This document shows positions 1 to 9,826 of a DNA stretch of 50,440 bases, piece after piece; the stretch's first letter is position 1, and each line of letters starts with the position of its first letter. Source of the DNA: Bacilli bacterium (GTDB taxonomy: Bacteria > Bacillota_I > Bacilli_A > RF39 > UBA660); contig JAFURK010000022.1 in NCBI GenBank assembly GCA_017480975.1, forward strand, positions 1 to 50,440, given 5' to 3'. The translations under genes and the position numbers were made by a program. The notes beneath the pieces are model-generated. The model was not told where the DNA came from. It searched no databases and saw only the letters and a list, made by a program, of their open reading frames with translations.

Positions 1-1
1 A

Positions 2-121
2 GAGAATAAGATACATATTATATTGGAGATTGTTAATTTAGAAAAACATTTCTTATTATATTTGATTGAGTTATTGACTAAATTATTAGAAAAAATAGAT
101 AAGCAGGAAGAGAATGGTTAA
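2..121 (+). CDS. 3' end of a gene running in from upstream (unknown product)
   Basis: Frame starting at nt 2 is open (ENKIHIILEIVNLEKH...KQEENG) to TAA 119-121; codon style matches neighbours. Confidence 0.5.
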   Translation, partial: ENKIHIILEIVNLEKHFLLYLIELLTKLLEKIDKQEENG

Positions 122-217
122 GTATTTTGGATTAATAGTACTTATTTATTCTTTTTCTTTTTATTTGTATTGTATTGGTGGTTTTTTTGTGGTATCCTTA
201 GAATAGGAAAGTGAGGG

Positions 218-769
218 ATGTATATGTGGATAATTATTTTAATTGTAGTTGTATTAGTTATTTTGTATGTAATTAGTACTTATAACGGTTTAGTGGTTGC
301 TAGAAATAAAGTTAAAGATCAATTTAGTCAAATCGATGTTCAATTGAAGAGACGTTTTGATTTGATACCTAATTTAGTAGAGACTGTTAAAGGATATGCT
401 AAGCATGAAAGTGAAACTTTAGAGAAAGTTATTCAGGCTAGAAATAATTATGCTAATGCTAAAACAGATTCTGAAAAGATTGAAGCTTCTAATGAAATGT
501 CTAGAGGTGTTATGAATATTATGGCTTTAGCAGAGAATTATCCTGATTTAAAGGCTAATACTAATTTTGTTGATTTGCAAAATCAATTGAAAGATGTCGA
601 AGATAAGATTAGTTATGCTAGACAGTTTTATAATGATTCAGTGTTGATGTACAATAACAAGATTGAAATGTTTCCTAGTAATTTAATTGCTTCTATATTT
701 AAGTTTACTAAAGAAGCTTTCTTTGAAGCAGAGGAAAAAGAACGTGAAAATGTAAAAGTTAAGTTTTAG
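218..769 (+). CDS. lemA: LemA family protein
   Basis: N-terminal TM helix, YNGLV, IDVQLKRRFDLIPNLVETVKGYAKHE, ENYPDLKAN and ARQFYND motifs. Confidence 0.95.
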   Translation: MYMWIIILIVVVLVILYVISTYNGLVVARNKVKDQFSQIDVQLKRRFDLIPNLVETVKGYAKHESETLEKVIQARNNYANAKTDSEKIEASNEMSRGVMNIMALAENYPDLKANTNFVDLQNQLKDVEDKISYARQFYNDSVLMYNNKIEMFPSNLIASIFKFTKEAFFEAEEKERENVKVKF

Positions 770-790
770 GATTAGTTATTAATCCTTTTT
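768..790 (+). terminator. Rho-independent terminator after lemA
   Basis: AGGATTA-gttat-TAATCCT followed by a T-run. Confidence 0.6.
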
Positions 791-824
791 CTTTTAGGGG
801 GATAATGATGAAATGGAGTAATCT

Positions 825-1768
825 ATGAAAAAGATATTATTATTTGTATTGTTGTTTATTTTTGTTATAGGTAGTGTTATTGGCGGAGATGTGACTACTA
901 TTGGTGAATTTTTTTTCTTTCTTATATTTTTGGTAGTTGTAGCTAAATTTTTAAAAAATAATTAGTATAAGTGTTTTTTTGGTAAGACTGGTAATAAGGT
1001 AAGAAAAGATGTTTTACTATTTAGAGATATTCCTTGTGATAAGGATATATTTTATGCTTATTGGGTGGCTTATAATTATAATTTAACTGAGAAAAAGGAA
1101 GATTTTTTAGGTGCTATTCTTCTTAAATGGATTCATGATGGTAATGTTATGTTTAAGAAAGTTACTAAAGATGGGATATTTAAGGATAAAGTACTTACAA
1201 ATATATTTTTTGTTAAGAGGCCTATGGATATACCAGAGTTGGAAATGGAAGTTAGATTATATGATTATATGTATGCTGCTTGTATTGATGGAAAACTAGA
1301 ACAGAACGAATTTAAGAAGTGGTGTTCTAATAACTATTCTAAAATATTTTGCTGGTTTAATGATGTTTTATATAAAGAAACATTAGAACTTGTAGATAAA
1401 GGTAAGGTTACTTATTATAAAGGTAAAAGAATTAATTTATATAAGTGTTTTGAAGTTGATTCTTCAATGATGGAAGTTGCTGAACAAATGGCTGGATTAA
1501 AGAAATTTTTGAAAGAGTTTTCTATTATTGATAAGAGAGAACCAATAGATGTAAGTTTATGGAATGAATATTTGATGTATGCTCAAATATTTGGTATGGC
1601 TGATGAGATTGATAATCAATTTATGAAATTATATCCTGAAGTAATTACTGATATGGATAGTATTGGATATGATTTTTCTGATATTGCATTTATTCGTTCT
1701 ATTACTAATAATGGTATTAGAAGTGATAGTAATGCTAGAAGTAGAGTATAATCCTATAGTTCAGGTGG
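825..1768 (+). pseudogene. Degenerate, internally deleted duplicate of the downstream DUF2207 gene
   Basis: First 27 nt are identical to the start of 1803..3503. In-frame TAG at 963-965; homology resumes (KCFFGKTGNKVRKD...) in the same frame as ORF 1065..1751; second premature stop TAA at 1749-1751 just before SYSSGG. Confidence 0.85.
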
Positions 1769-1802
1769 AAAATTTTGTTGATATAGATTATGTGAGGTTG
1801 AT

Positions 1803-3503
1803 ATGAAAAAGATATTATTATTTGTATTGATGTTGTTTAGTTCTATTATGGTAGTAGACGCGACTAGTATTAGTAATATTGATATGGATGTATTTGTAGA
1901 TATGTATGGTAATGCTACTATTACTGAAACTTGGGATGCATATATTGATCAAGGGACTGAAGGATGGCACCCATATTATAACTTAGGTAGTTCTGAAATT
2001 ACTGATTTAGAAGTTACGATGGACGGTAAGGAATTTACGACAGTTAGTGATTGGAATATAGATGGTAGTTTAAGTGATAAGGCTTATAAAGCAGGTATTT
2101 ATTATTCTAGTAATGATGAGGTGGATATTTGTTTTGGTATTAGTGATTATGGAAATCATGAATATGTAATTAAATATAGGATTAGTAATTTTGTATCTAC
2201 TATAGAAGATGCTGATATGATTTATTGGAATTTGTTTCCAAATGGTTTTAGTGCAGAGCCTAGTAATGTAGATATTAGAATTTATAGTGATTTTAGATAT
2301 GAAGATACTTTAGATGTATGGGGATATGGTAAGTATGGAGCACCTTGCTATGTATATGATGGTAAGATAGAGATGACTAGTGATGGTAGTAGAGTTACTA
2401 GTGATGAATATATGACTATTTTAGTTAAGTTTCCTAAAGGTACTTTTCAAACTAGTAGTGTTTTAGATAATAATTTTAATTATTATTATGATATGGCTGA
2501 AGATGGGGCCGTAAATTATAATGATAAGACTAGTTGGTGGGAAGCTTTAATTCCAATTATTGTAATTATATTTAATGTTTTATTATTTGGAATTATTTCG
2601 GCATTGATTGTAAATTCTTCTAGGAATGATAAATGTTCTTTTGGTAAGACTGGCAATAAGGTTAGAAAAGATGTTCCAGTATTTAGGGATATTCCTTGTG
2701 ATAAAGATATTTTTTATGCTTATTGGGTAGCGCATAATTATAATTTAACTAAGAAAAAGGAAGATTTTTTAGGAGCTGTTCTTCTAAAATGGATACATGA
2801 TGGTAATGTAAGGATAGAAAAAATTACTAAGGATGGTGTTTTTAAAGATAAGACTTATAGTAATGTAATTTTTTCTAATAGACCTGATGAAAAAAATACT
2901 TATGAAGTTAAGTTATATGATTATATGTATCAGGCTAGTGAAGATGGTAAATTAGAGCAAAATGAATTTAAAAATTGGTGTAATAATAATTATTCTAAAA
3001 TATTAGATTGGTTTGATGATGTATTATATCAAGAAACTTTAGATTTAGTTAAGTTAGGTAAAATTACTTATGAAAATGGAAAAACGATGAAATTATTTAG
3101 TTATAAGTATTTTAATGTTGCTCCATCAATGATGGAAGTGGCCGAGAAAATGGCAGGATTAAAGAAATTTTTAAAAGAATTTACTTTAATTAAAGAAAGA
3201 GAACCAATTGAGGTTAATTTATGGAATGAATATTTAATGTATGCTCAGATATTTGGGATAGCTGAAGAAGTTGCTGATCAGTTTAAAAAGCTATATCCTG
3301 AAATTATTACTGATATGGATAATATTGGGTATGATTATGGTGATATTATATTTATTCGCTCAATTACTGCTGATGGGATTAGAAGTGCTAGTACGGCTAA
3401 AAGTAGAGCTGAATCTTATAGTTCAGGTGGAGGTGGCTTTTCATCTGGCGGCGGAGGAGGCGGTTCCTTCGGTGGTGGAGGTGGAGGCGGAGGCTTCCGT
3501 TAA
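1803..3503 (+). CDS. DUF2207-family membrane protein with Gly-rich C-terminal tail
   Basis: Signal peptide, extracellular domain, one TM helix, W-x-EYLMYA-x-x-FG motif and SSGGGGFSSGGGGGGSFGGGGGGG tail; typical LemA neighbour. Confidence 0.88.
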   Translation: MKKILLFVLMLFSSIMVVDATSISNIDMDVFVDMYGNATITETWDAYIDQGTEGWHPYYNLGSSEITDLEVTMDGKEFTTVSDWNIDGSLSDKAYKAGIYYSSNDEVDICFGISDYGNHEYVIKYRISNFVSTIEDADMIYWNLFPNGFSAEPSNVDIRIYSDFRYEDTLDVWGYGKYGAPCYVYDGKIEMTSDGSRVTSDEYMTILVKFPKGTFQTSSVLDNNFNYYYDMAEDGAVNYNDKTSWWEALIPIIVIIFNVLLFGIISALIVNSSRNDKCSFGKTGNKVRKDVPVFRDIPCDKDIFYAYWVAHNYNLTKKKEDFLGAVLLKWIHDGNVRIEKITKDGVFKDKTYSNVIFSNRPDEKNTYEVKLYDYMYQASEDGKLEQNEFKNWCNNNYSKILDWFDDVLYQETLDLVKLGKITYENGKTMKLFSYKYFNVAPSMMEVAEKMAGLKKFLKEFTLIKEREPIEVNLWNEYLMYAQIFGIAEEVADQFKKLYPEIITDMDNIGYDYGDIIFIRSITADGIRSASTAKSRAESYSSGGGGFSSGGGGGGSFGGGGGGGGFR

Positions 3504-3532
3504 GGAATTGATTTTAGATCAGTTCTTTTTTT
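3502..3532 (+). terminator. Rho-independent terminator
   Basis: AAGGAATTGAT-tttag-ATCAGTTCTT then T-run. Confidence 0.65.
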
Positions 3533-3597
3533 CTTGGTTAATTTTATTGTCGATAATGATGCTTTTTTGTATAATAAAATAGAGAGGTAGGGAGAAT

Positions 3598-4371
3598 ATG
3601 ACAAAAATAATATTTAGTGATTTTGATAATACGATGTTGGATTATTATAGTGATAATAATTATTTTGATGATTATAAAATTAATGTATTAAAGAGAGTTC
3701 AAAATAAAGGAATAAAATTAGGTATTGTAACGGGGAGATGTGTATCTTTTTTTAATCAGTTTCCTAATTTGTTAGAAGTAGTTGATTATATAGCAGGTTC
3801 TAATGGAGCTTGTATATATGATGTTAAGAATGATAAGTATATATATCAGGATGTTATTGAAGAAGAAGATTTTAGAAGTATTGTTGATTGGGCTTATAAG
3901 TATAATATTTCTTTTTTACTTAATTGTATGGGAAAAAGATATAGATTTGGGACTTGGGATGTATCTAATTGTGAGATTTATTCTAAAGATAAAGATTATT
4001 CGTGTGAACAAATTATTTTATCAGTAAATAAGGAAATAATTAAAGAAGTTTTTGCTTATTTAGATAATTTAAAAAGTATTAAGATTAATAATATATCTTA
4101 TTGGGAAAATCGTTGTACAATAGATATTAATAATAAAATAGTGTCTAAAGGAAGAGCTGTTACGTGGTTATGTAATCATTTAAATATTGAAGTTAAAGAT
4201 ACGATGGCTTTTGGTGATGGCGATAATGATAAGTCGATGTTTGAAGTTGTTGATAAGGGCATTGCGGTTGGTAATGCGATTGATAAGTTGAAAGTTATGT
4301 CTAATGATGTGGCTCTTAGTTGTGATGAGAATGGTATTTATAAGTATATGGAAGATAAATTTTTAAAGTAG
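3598..4371 (+). CDS. Cof-type HAD-IIB family hydrolase
   Basis: DFDNT motif I, TGR, NGA, SKG and FGDGDND motifs. Confidence 0.93.
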   Translation: MTKIIFSDFDNTMLDYYSDNNYFDDYKINVLKRVQNKGIKLGIVTGRCVSFFNQFPNLLEVVDYIAGSNGACIYDVKNDKYIYQDVIEEEDFRSIVDWAYKYNISFLLNCMGKRYRFGTWDVSNCEIYSKDKDYSCEQIILSVNKEIIKEVFAYLDNLKSIKINNISYWENRCTIDINNKIVSKGRAVTWLCNHLNIEVKDTMAFGDGDNDKSMFEVVDKGIAVGNAIDKLKVMSNDVALSCDENGIYKYMEDKFLK

Positions 4372-4378
4372 GTGTTAT

Positions 4379-5524
4379 ATGAAAATTATGCATTTAGCAG
4401 ATTTACATTTGGGTAAATCTATTTTAGAGCAATCTTTAATTAATGATCAAATATATATATTAAATCAAATAGTTGATATTATTGTTGATAAAAAGATAGA
4501 TGTCGTTTTGATAGCGGGAGATGTTTATGATAAGGCTATTCCTAATGTAGAGGCGGTTAGATTATTTAGTAGTTTTTTGGCTAGATTATATGAATTGAAA
4601 GTAAAGGTATTGGTTATTTCAGGTAATCATGATTCTAAAGATAGGCTTTCTTTTGGGAGTGAGTTATTTATTGATAATGGTGTTTATATAGAAGGTACTT
4701 TTAGTGGAAATTTAAAATGTGTAGAGTTAGAGGATGAGTATGGAAAAGTGCTTATTTATATGTTGCCTTTTGTAAAGCCAGCTGATGTTAGAAAGTATTA
4801 TCCTGATGTAAGTATTGATGATTATCAAGATGCTATTAAGTGTATTATAGATAATGCTAATATAGATAAAACTAAAAGGAATATTATTATGGTTCATCAG
4901 TTTGTTACGGCGAATGGAATCGATATCGAGAGAAGTGACTCCGAGAGTATATCTTTAGGTGGTATTGATAATATAGACGTATCATTATTTGATAAATTTG
5001 ATTATGTGGCGATGGGGCATATTCATCGAGGGCAACGATTAACTAAAGATACTGTTAGATATGCAGGTAGTCCTTTAAAGTATTCTTTTAGTGAAGTTAA
5101 TCATAAAAAGAGTGTACCTATTATTGAATTAAATGAAAAGGGAAATGTAAAGATTGAACTTGTAGATTTAGTTCCAATTAGGGATATGATTGCTATAAAA
5201 GGGAAGTTAGAAGAATTATTAGATAAAGAGTTTGTTGATAAAATTAATGTTAATGATTATGTTAGTGCGGTTATTACTGATGAAGATTATATTATGGATG
5301 CGATTGGGAAGTTGAGAAGTGTATATAAGAATATTCTTAGGTTGGAATATGATAATAAAAGGACTAATAATTATTTAGATAATGATAAGAGTAAGGACAT
5401 TGATATTAAGCAGATTAGTGAAATAGATTTATTTAGTGAGTTTTATAAGATGCAGAATAATATTGAATTAGATAATGAAAGAAAGAAAATACTTAATGAG
5501 ATTATAACTTCTATTAAAGATTAG
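4379..5524 (+). CDS. sbcD: Exonuclease SbcCD subunit D
   Basis: HLADLHLG, AGDVYD, SGNHDS, GHIH and YAGSPLKYSFSE metallophosphoesterase motifs. Confidence 0.95.
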   Translation: MKIMHLADLHLGKSILEQSLINDQIYILNQIVDIIVDKKIDVVLIAGDVYDKAIPNVEAVRLFSSFLARLYELKVKVLVISGNHDSKDRLSFGSELFIDNGVYIEGTFSGNLKCVELEDEYGKVLIYMLPFVKPADVRKYYPDVSIDDYQDAIKCIIDNANIDKTKRNIIMVHQFVTANGIDIERSDSESISLGGIDNIDVSLFDKFDYVAMGHIHRGQRLTKDTVRYAGSPLKYSFSEVNHKKSVPIIELNEKGNVKIELVDLVPIRDMIAIKGKLEELLDKEFVDKINVNDYVSAVITDEDYIMDAIGKLRSVYKNILRLEYDNKRTNNYLDNDKSKDIDIKQISEIDLFSEFYKMQNNIELDNERKKILNEIITSIKD

Positions 5525-5564
5525 ATTTGTATAAGTATTTTTAGTGTATGGAAGTGGTGGTAAG

Positions 5565-8387
5565 ATGAGGCCGTTAAATTTGAAGATGTGTGCTTTCGGT
5601 CCTTATAAGGATTTGGTAAGGATAGATTTTGAGAGGTTAGGAAGCAGTGGTGTCTTTTTGATTGCTGGAGATACTGGGAGTGGGAAGACGACTATTTTTG
5701 ATGCGATTAGTTTTGCTTTGTTTGGGGTATCTAGTGGTAATAGAAGAGAAAATAGTACTTTAAGAAGTGATTTTTCATCTGATGAGGTAAAGACTTTTGT
5801 TGAGTTAGAGTTTATACATAAGAATGTTTTATATAAGGTTGAGAGAGTTCCTAGATATAATAGGAAGAAGATTAGAGGGAATGGTACTACGGCGGTTGGG
5901 GGAGATGCTACTTTAACTTATTTGGATGAGGTTGTTACGGGAGATAAGAATGTTAGTGATAAGTGTGTTGAGATACTAGGGATTAATGCTAATCAGTTTA
6001 AGCAAATAGTAATGATAGCGCAAGGAGAATTTTTAGAATTACTGTTAGCTAAACCAAAGGACAGAGCAATTATATTTAGAAAGATATTTGATACAGGGAT
6101 ATATAAGGATATTAGTGATAGATTAAAGACAAAGTATTTAGATAAAAAACGAGAATATGAAGATGTTATAGTTACTTTAGGTAATTATAAGAATAGTATT
6201 ATTTGGGATAGGGATATAGCTGAAGATGATAGTTGTTCTTTTCTGTTAGAACAATTGAATAGTTATAATGAAGAAGTTAAAAGAGAAGAAGAGAAGCTAA
6301 AGGAAGAAAAGGTAAGGTTGGATAAAGAATATGAATTAGTAGTTCAAAAGATTAGTGAAGGTAATTTAATTAATGATAGTATAAAGAATTTGGAAGAGGT
6401 AAAGAAAGAATTAGAGATTCTTAATGATGATAAAGCTAATTATTTAGATAAGGAAGTTATTTTAAAGCAGAATAAGGATATTGTAGAATATGTTTTACCT
6501 AACTATCAGGAAGTTAAGAGATTAGAAAAGGGATTGGATGCGAAGAGAAAAGATTATAATGATAATTTGCGATTAGTTAATGATATTAGTCTTAAGTATG
6601 AAGAGGTTAATGCTAGGTATAAGGAATTAAATAAGTTAGAGGAAAGATTAGATGAGTTAAAGAATAAAAAAGTTTTATATGATAATAAATTAATAAATTT
6701 ACAGGAGATAGATACACTTAAAAGTGAATTATGGGATAAGAAAAAAATATTAGAGTTAATTGATGTGGAAGTTAAAAAGGGGATTGTTGATAAGTTTAAA
6801 GAACTAAATGATTTAAATGATAAATTAGGTAAGTTAGAGGTTGAATTTAGTAATTTGAAGACTCAGTATCAAGATAAGAATAATTATTATGTGGAGTGCT
6901 ACGAAGAGTTTTTAAATGCTCAAGCTGGAATATTAGCAAGTAATCTAAAAGATAATGATCCTTGTCCGGTATGTGGGAGTTTGCACCATCCTAAGTTGGC
7001 CGTGATGAAGGATACGGTTTTAACTAAGGAAGATATTGATAGTTTAAAGAATGAGCTTGATAATATTAGTAGTAGTTTAGAGAGAAAAGCTATAGATATT
7101 AATGGTATTAGGAAAGATATTGAAGTTTATAAAGGGGAGTTATCTAATTATAATTATGAGGTATTAATAAAGGAAATTAGTGATATTGATAATAAATATA
7201 TTGATACTGATATAGATGTTAGTAAATATATAGGGGAAGATATTGAAAGAGAAGTTATTAATATAGAAAGTTTGATTAATGATAAGAGTAAGGATTTAGA
7301 TAAAGAGGATAATGTTGATATAGTTAATCAAGAATTAGATAAGTTAAGTATAGATATTGATCAATTATTAAATGAGATAAATGAGGTGAAAGATAGCTAT
7401 CAAGCTTTAAAGATAGAAAAGGAAAAGTATAAGGCTATTAGTTTAAATTTAGAAAGTGAAATTAAAGAACTTGAAGAAGATTTAAAATGCTGTTATGGTA
7501 AGTATGTTTCATCTTATAAGGAATTAGGATATGATAATGAGGGAGATTATTTATCTATTAAAATGGAAAGAGAAGAATTAAGTAGGTTGGAAAGAGAGAT
7601 TGCCTTATATAAAGAGAGATTAGTTGAATTAAGGGGCAAGGCTAGTTCTTTGGAGAAATTTTTAGATGGTAAAATTAGTTTTGATATTGATAATTTATTG
7701 ATGAAAAAGGTAGAATTAGAAGACAATATAAAAGATAAAGACGTATCTTTAAAAGAGATAAATCATAAGTTAGTTAATAATTTAAATGTTTGTAGTAATA
7801 TTAATACTGTCTATGAAAAGTCGAAAAATTTAGAAAAAGAGGTTATGATTTGTAAAGATTTATCAGATACGGCAAATGGTAATATAAGTGGGAAGAATAA
7901 GTTAGAATTTGAGCAATTTGTTCAGGCTAGTTACTTTGATAGAGTTGTCGTAGCGGCGAATAAGAGATTTAGTTACATGACTGATGAAAGGTACTTATTA
8001 GCCCGAAAGGAAGAAGCTTTAAAGATTAGTGATAAGTTAGGTTTAGAGTTAGAAGTTATTGATAATTATACTGGTAAGAGAAGAGATGTTAAAACTTTAT
8101 CAGGAGGAGAATCTTTTAAAGCATCATTATCTTTAGCGCTTGGGATGAGTGATACTATTCAAGAATTTTCAGGAGGGATAGTAGTAGATGCAATGTTTAT
8201 TGATGAAGGGTTTGGTAGTTTAGATGATGATAGTTTAGAAGCGGCGATGAATGCGATTATGATGTTAGGTCAAAATAATAAAATCATTGGTATTATTAGT
8301 CATGTTAATGAATTAAAGGCTAGAATTGATAAGAAAATTATTGTTAGAAAGAGTAATAGTGGTAGTAGAATAGAAATAAGTATTTAA
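5565..8387 (+). CDS. sbcC: Exonuclease SbcCD subunit C (SMC-like ATPase)
   Basis: MRPLNL..AFGPY start, Walker A GDTGSGKT, coiled coils, zinc hook CPVC, LSGGE signature and FIDEGFGSLD; ATG 5565 has an RBS. Confidence 0.95.
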   Translation: MRPLNLKMCAFGPYKDLVRIDFERLGSSGVFLIAGDTGSGKTTIFDAISFALFGVSSGNRRENSTLRSDFSSDEVKTFVELEFIHKNVLYKVERVPRYNRKKIRGNGTTAVGGDATLTYLDEVVTGDKNVSDKCVEILGINANQFKQIVMIAQGEFLELLLAKPKDRAIIFRKIFDTGIYKDISDRLKTKYLDKKREYEDVIVTLGNYKNSIIWDRDIAEDDSCSFLLEQLNSYNEEVKREEEKLKEEKVRLDKEYELVVQKISEGNLINDSIKNLEEVKKELEILNDDKANYLDKEVILKQNKDIVEYVLPNYQEVKRLEKGLDAKRKDYNDNLRLVNDISLKYEEVNARYKELNKLEERLDELKNKKVLYDNKLINLQEIDTLKSELWDKKKILELIDVEVKKGIVDKFKELNDLNDKLGKLEVEFSNLKTQYQDKNNYYVECYEEFLNAQAGILASNLKDNDPCPVCGSLHHPKLAVMKDTVLTKEDIDSLKNELDNISSSLERKAIDINGIRKDIEVYKGELSNYNYEVLIKEISDIDNKYIDTDIDVSKYIGEDIEREVINIESLINDKSKDLDKEDNVDIVNQELDKLSIDIDQLLNEINEVKDSYQALKIEKEKYKAISLNLESEIKELEEDLKCCYGKYVSSYKELGYDNEGDYLSIKMEREELSRLEREIALYKERLVELRGKASSLEKFLDGKISFDIDNLLMKKVELEDNIKDKDVSLKEINHKLVNNLNVCSNINTVYEKSKNLEKEVMICKDLSDTANGNISGKNKLEFEQFVQASYFDRVVVAANKRFSYMTDERYLLARKEEALKISDKLGLELEVIDNYTGKRRDVKTLSGGESFKASLSLALGMSDTIQEFSGGIVVDAMFIDEGFGSLDDDSLEAAMNAIMMLGQNNKIIGIISHVNELKARIDKKIIVRKSNSGSRIEISI

Positions 8388-8389
8388 AA

Positions 8390-8421
8390 AAATAACCTTC
8401 AATTCATTCTGAGGGTTATTT
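8390..8421. terminator. Bidirectional terminator between convergent sbcC and folD
   Basis: AATAACCTTCA...TGAGGGTTATT stem flanked by A/T runs. Confidence 0.6.
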
Positions 8422-8430
8422 ATATATACA

Positions 8431-9267
8431 TTAAGTATTTTTCTTAAGGATGTAAGCTTTATAAGTATTTTTAGCAAGCATTGCGACAGTCATTGGTCCA
8501 ACTCCACCTGGAACTGGAGTTATGTAAGAAGCTTTATCTTTAACTTCTTCAAAATTGACGTCGCCACATAGTTTGCCGTTTTCTAATCGATTGATGCCGA
8601 CGTCAATAACAACAGCACCTTCTTTGATATCGTCAGCTTTGATAAATTTAGGTTTACCTAAAGCGGCAACAATAATATCGGCATTAGAAGTATAGTGTTT
8701 TAAGTTATTGGTTTTAGAGTGACATAGGGTAACGGTTGCATTATAGTTAGTAAAGAGGCTGGCTAAAGGTTTACCGACTAAGTCACTTCTGCCAATGATA
8801 GTAATATTTTTACCACTTAAATTTATGTTGTAGTAATTTAGTAATTCAATAATGCCTTCAGGGGTACATGGAATTAATGTATCAACATTGTGAACGAGTT
8901 TGCCCATATTAATGTCAGTTAAGCCATCGACATCTTTTAATGGATTTATAGCATTTTGAATTACTTTGGAGTTTAAGTGGTTAGGAATAGGCATTTGGAC
9001 CAAGATACCATCAACAAGTTCATTATTGTTTAGATTATCTATTAATGAAAGTACTTCTATTTCTGTTATATTACTATCTAGTTTTATATGGTTAAAGTTG
9101 AAACCTAGTTCATTGGCCATTTTGGCTTTTTGGTTTACATAGGTATTGCTTGCAGGATCATTGCCAATTTGAATTACGGTTAAGCCTAATTGTCTATCTA
9201 ATTCTAATAATTTTTCTTTTAAGTTTTTTAATACTTCTAATCTTACTTTTTTTCCATCTAATATCAT
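8431..9267 (-). CDS. folD: Bifunctional methylenetetrahydrofolate dehydrogenase/cyclohydrolase
   Basis: MILDGK start after GGTGA RBS; KDVDG, PCTP, GRSDLVGKP, DVGIN and TPVPGGVGPMT motifs. Confidence 0.96.
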   Translation of the reverse strand: MILDGKKVRLEVLKNLKEKLLELDRQLGLTVIQIGNDPASNTYVNQKAKMANELGFNFNHIKLDSNITEIEVLSLIDNLNNNELVDGILVQMPIPNHLNSKVIQNAINPLKDVDGLTDINMGKLVHNVDTLIPCTPEGIIELLNYYNINLSGKNITIIGRSDLVGKPLASLFTNYNATVTLCHSKTNNLKHYTSNADIIVAALGKPKFIKADDIKEGAVVIDVGINRLENGKLCGDVNFEEVKDKASYITPVPGGVGPMTVAMLAKNTYKAYILKKNT

Positions 9268-9405
9268 GTTTATCACCAATTTAATCGTATCATAATTATT
9301 ATAATTTAACAATTAATTATTAAAAATATGTATTGAATTTTGATAAAAGGAACATAACGGTTATGTAGCAGTTATTGCTTATTCCTTTTATATATTTATT
9401 TTTAG

Positions 9406-9424
9406 TTTTCCACAGTGTGGAAAA
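9406..9424. promoter_or_regulatory. Two head-to-head DnaA-box-like sites
   Basis: TTTTCCACA-G-TGTGGAAAA; both halves match the consensus TTWTNCACA. Confidence 0.55.
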
Positions 9425-9508
9425 AATGACAAATAGTAAGTATTTTATAATAATATTTACTATTTTTTTGGTATAATAAAATTATAGATAAAGTAGGAGG
9501 ATAGAAGA

Positions 9509-9826
9509 ATGAGTAGCAAGAAATTTATTATTAATGAAGATTTTAGAATGAAAGTAGTTAATTTTTTAAAGATTTATGGTTATTATAATGGACCACTTAG
9601 TGAAATAGAGGTTCAAAAGAGATATGTTAGTGGTGAATTATTACTTAGAGATATAATTAAGAGTAAGAAAGATTTTAAAGAGTTAAAAATGAGTATTAAG
9701 GTAGTATTAGAATATTGTTATGATAATCATTTTAAAGAAATAGAAGATGTAATGAATCAATTTTATAAAGTAGAATGTAAAGAAATAAAGAAGCTATATG
9801 GTAGTTTATTTGATAAATTGGGGTGA
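9509..9826 (+). CDS. Hypothetical protein (105 aa), translationally coupled to metK
   Basis: AGGAGG RBS, TG-n-TATAAT promoter upstream, stop overlaps the metK start. Confidence 0.75.
   Translation: MSSKKFIINEDFRMKVVNFLKIYGYYNGPLSEIEVQKRYVSGELLLRDIIKSKKDFKELKMSIKVVLEYCYDNHFKEIEDVMNQFYKVECKEIKKLYGSLFDKLG

Noticed and set aside
963-965. Stop-codon reassignment (TAG or TGA read-through, Mollicutes code 4)
   Set aside because: Conserved genes end normally in TAG (lemA, sbcD, feoB) and TGA (cdd, mreC), and Trp is encoded by TGG. The internal stops are confined to two decayed genes.
3424-3500. GC-rich GGN repeat as a regulatory or mobile repeat
   Set aside because: It simply encodes the Gly-rich tail typical of DUF2207 proteins.
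1111-4027. Alternate-frame ORFs 1111..1299, 3271..3582 and 3803..4027
   Set aside because: They are nested in well-supported genes, lack an RBS, and have the Leu/Ile-rich composition of AT-rich shadow frames.
9406-9424. Replication origin
   Set aside because: Only two boxes are present, there is no dnaA/dnaN neighbour, and G/T skew does not switch here.
9430-9823. SAM riboswitch upstream of metK
   Set aside because: No S-box (ATCnAGAG...GAT) or SMK consensus was found, and the region holds a promoter and an ORF.
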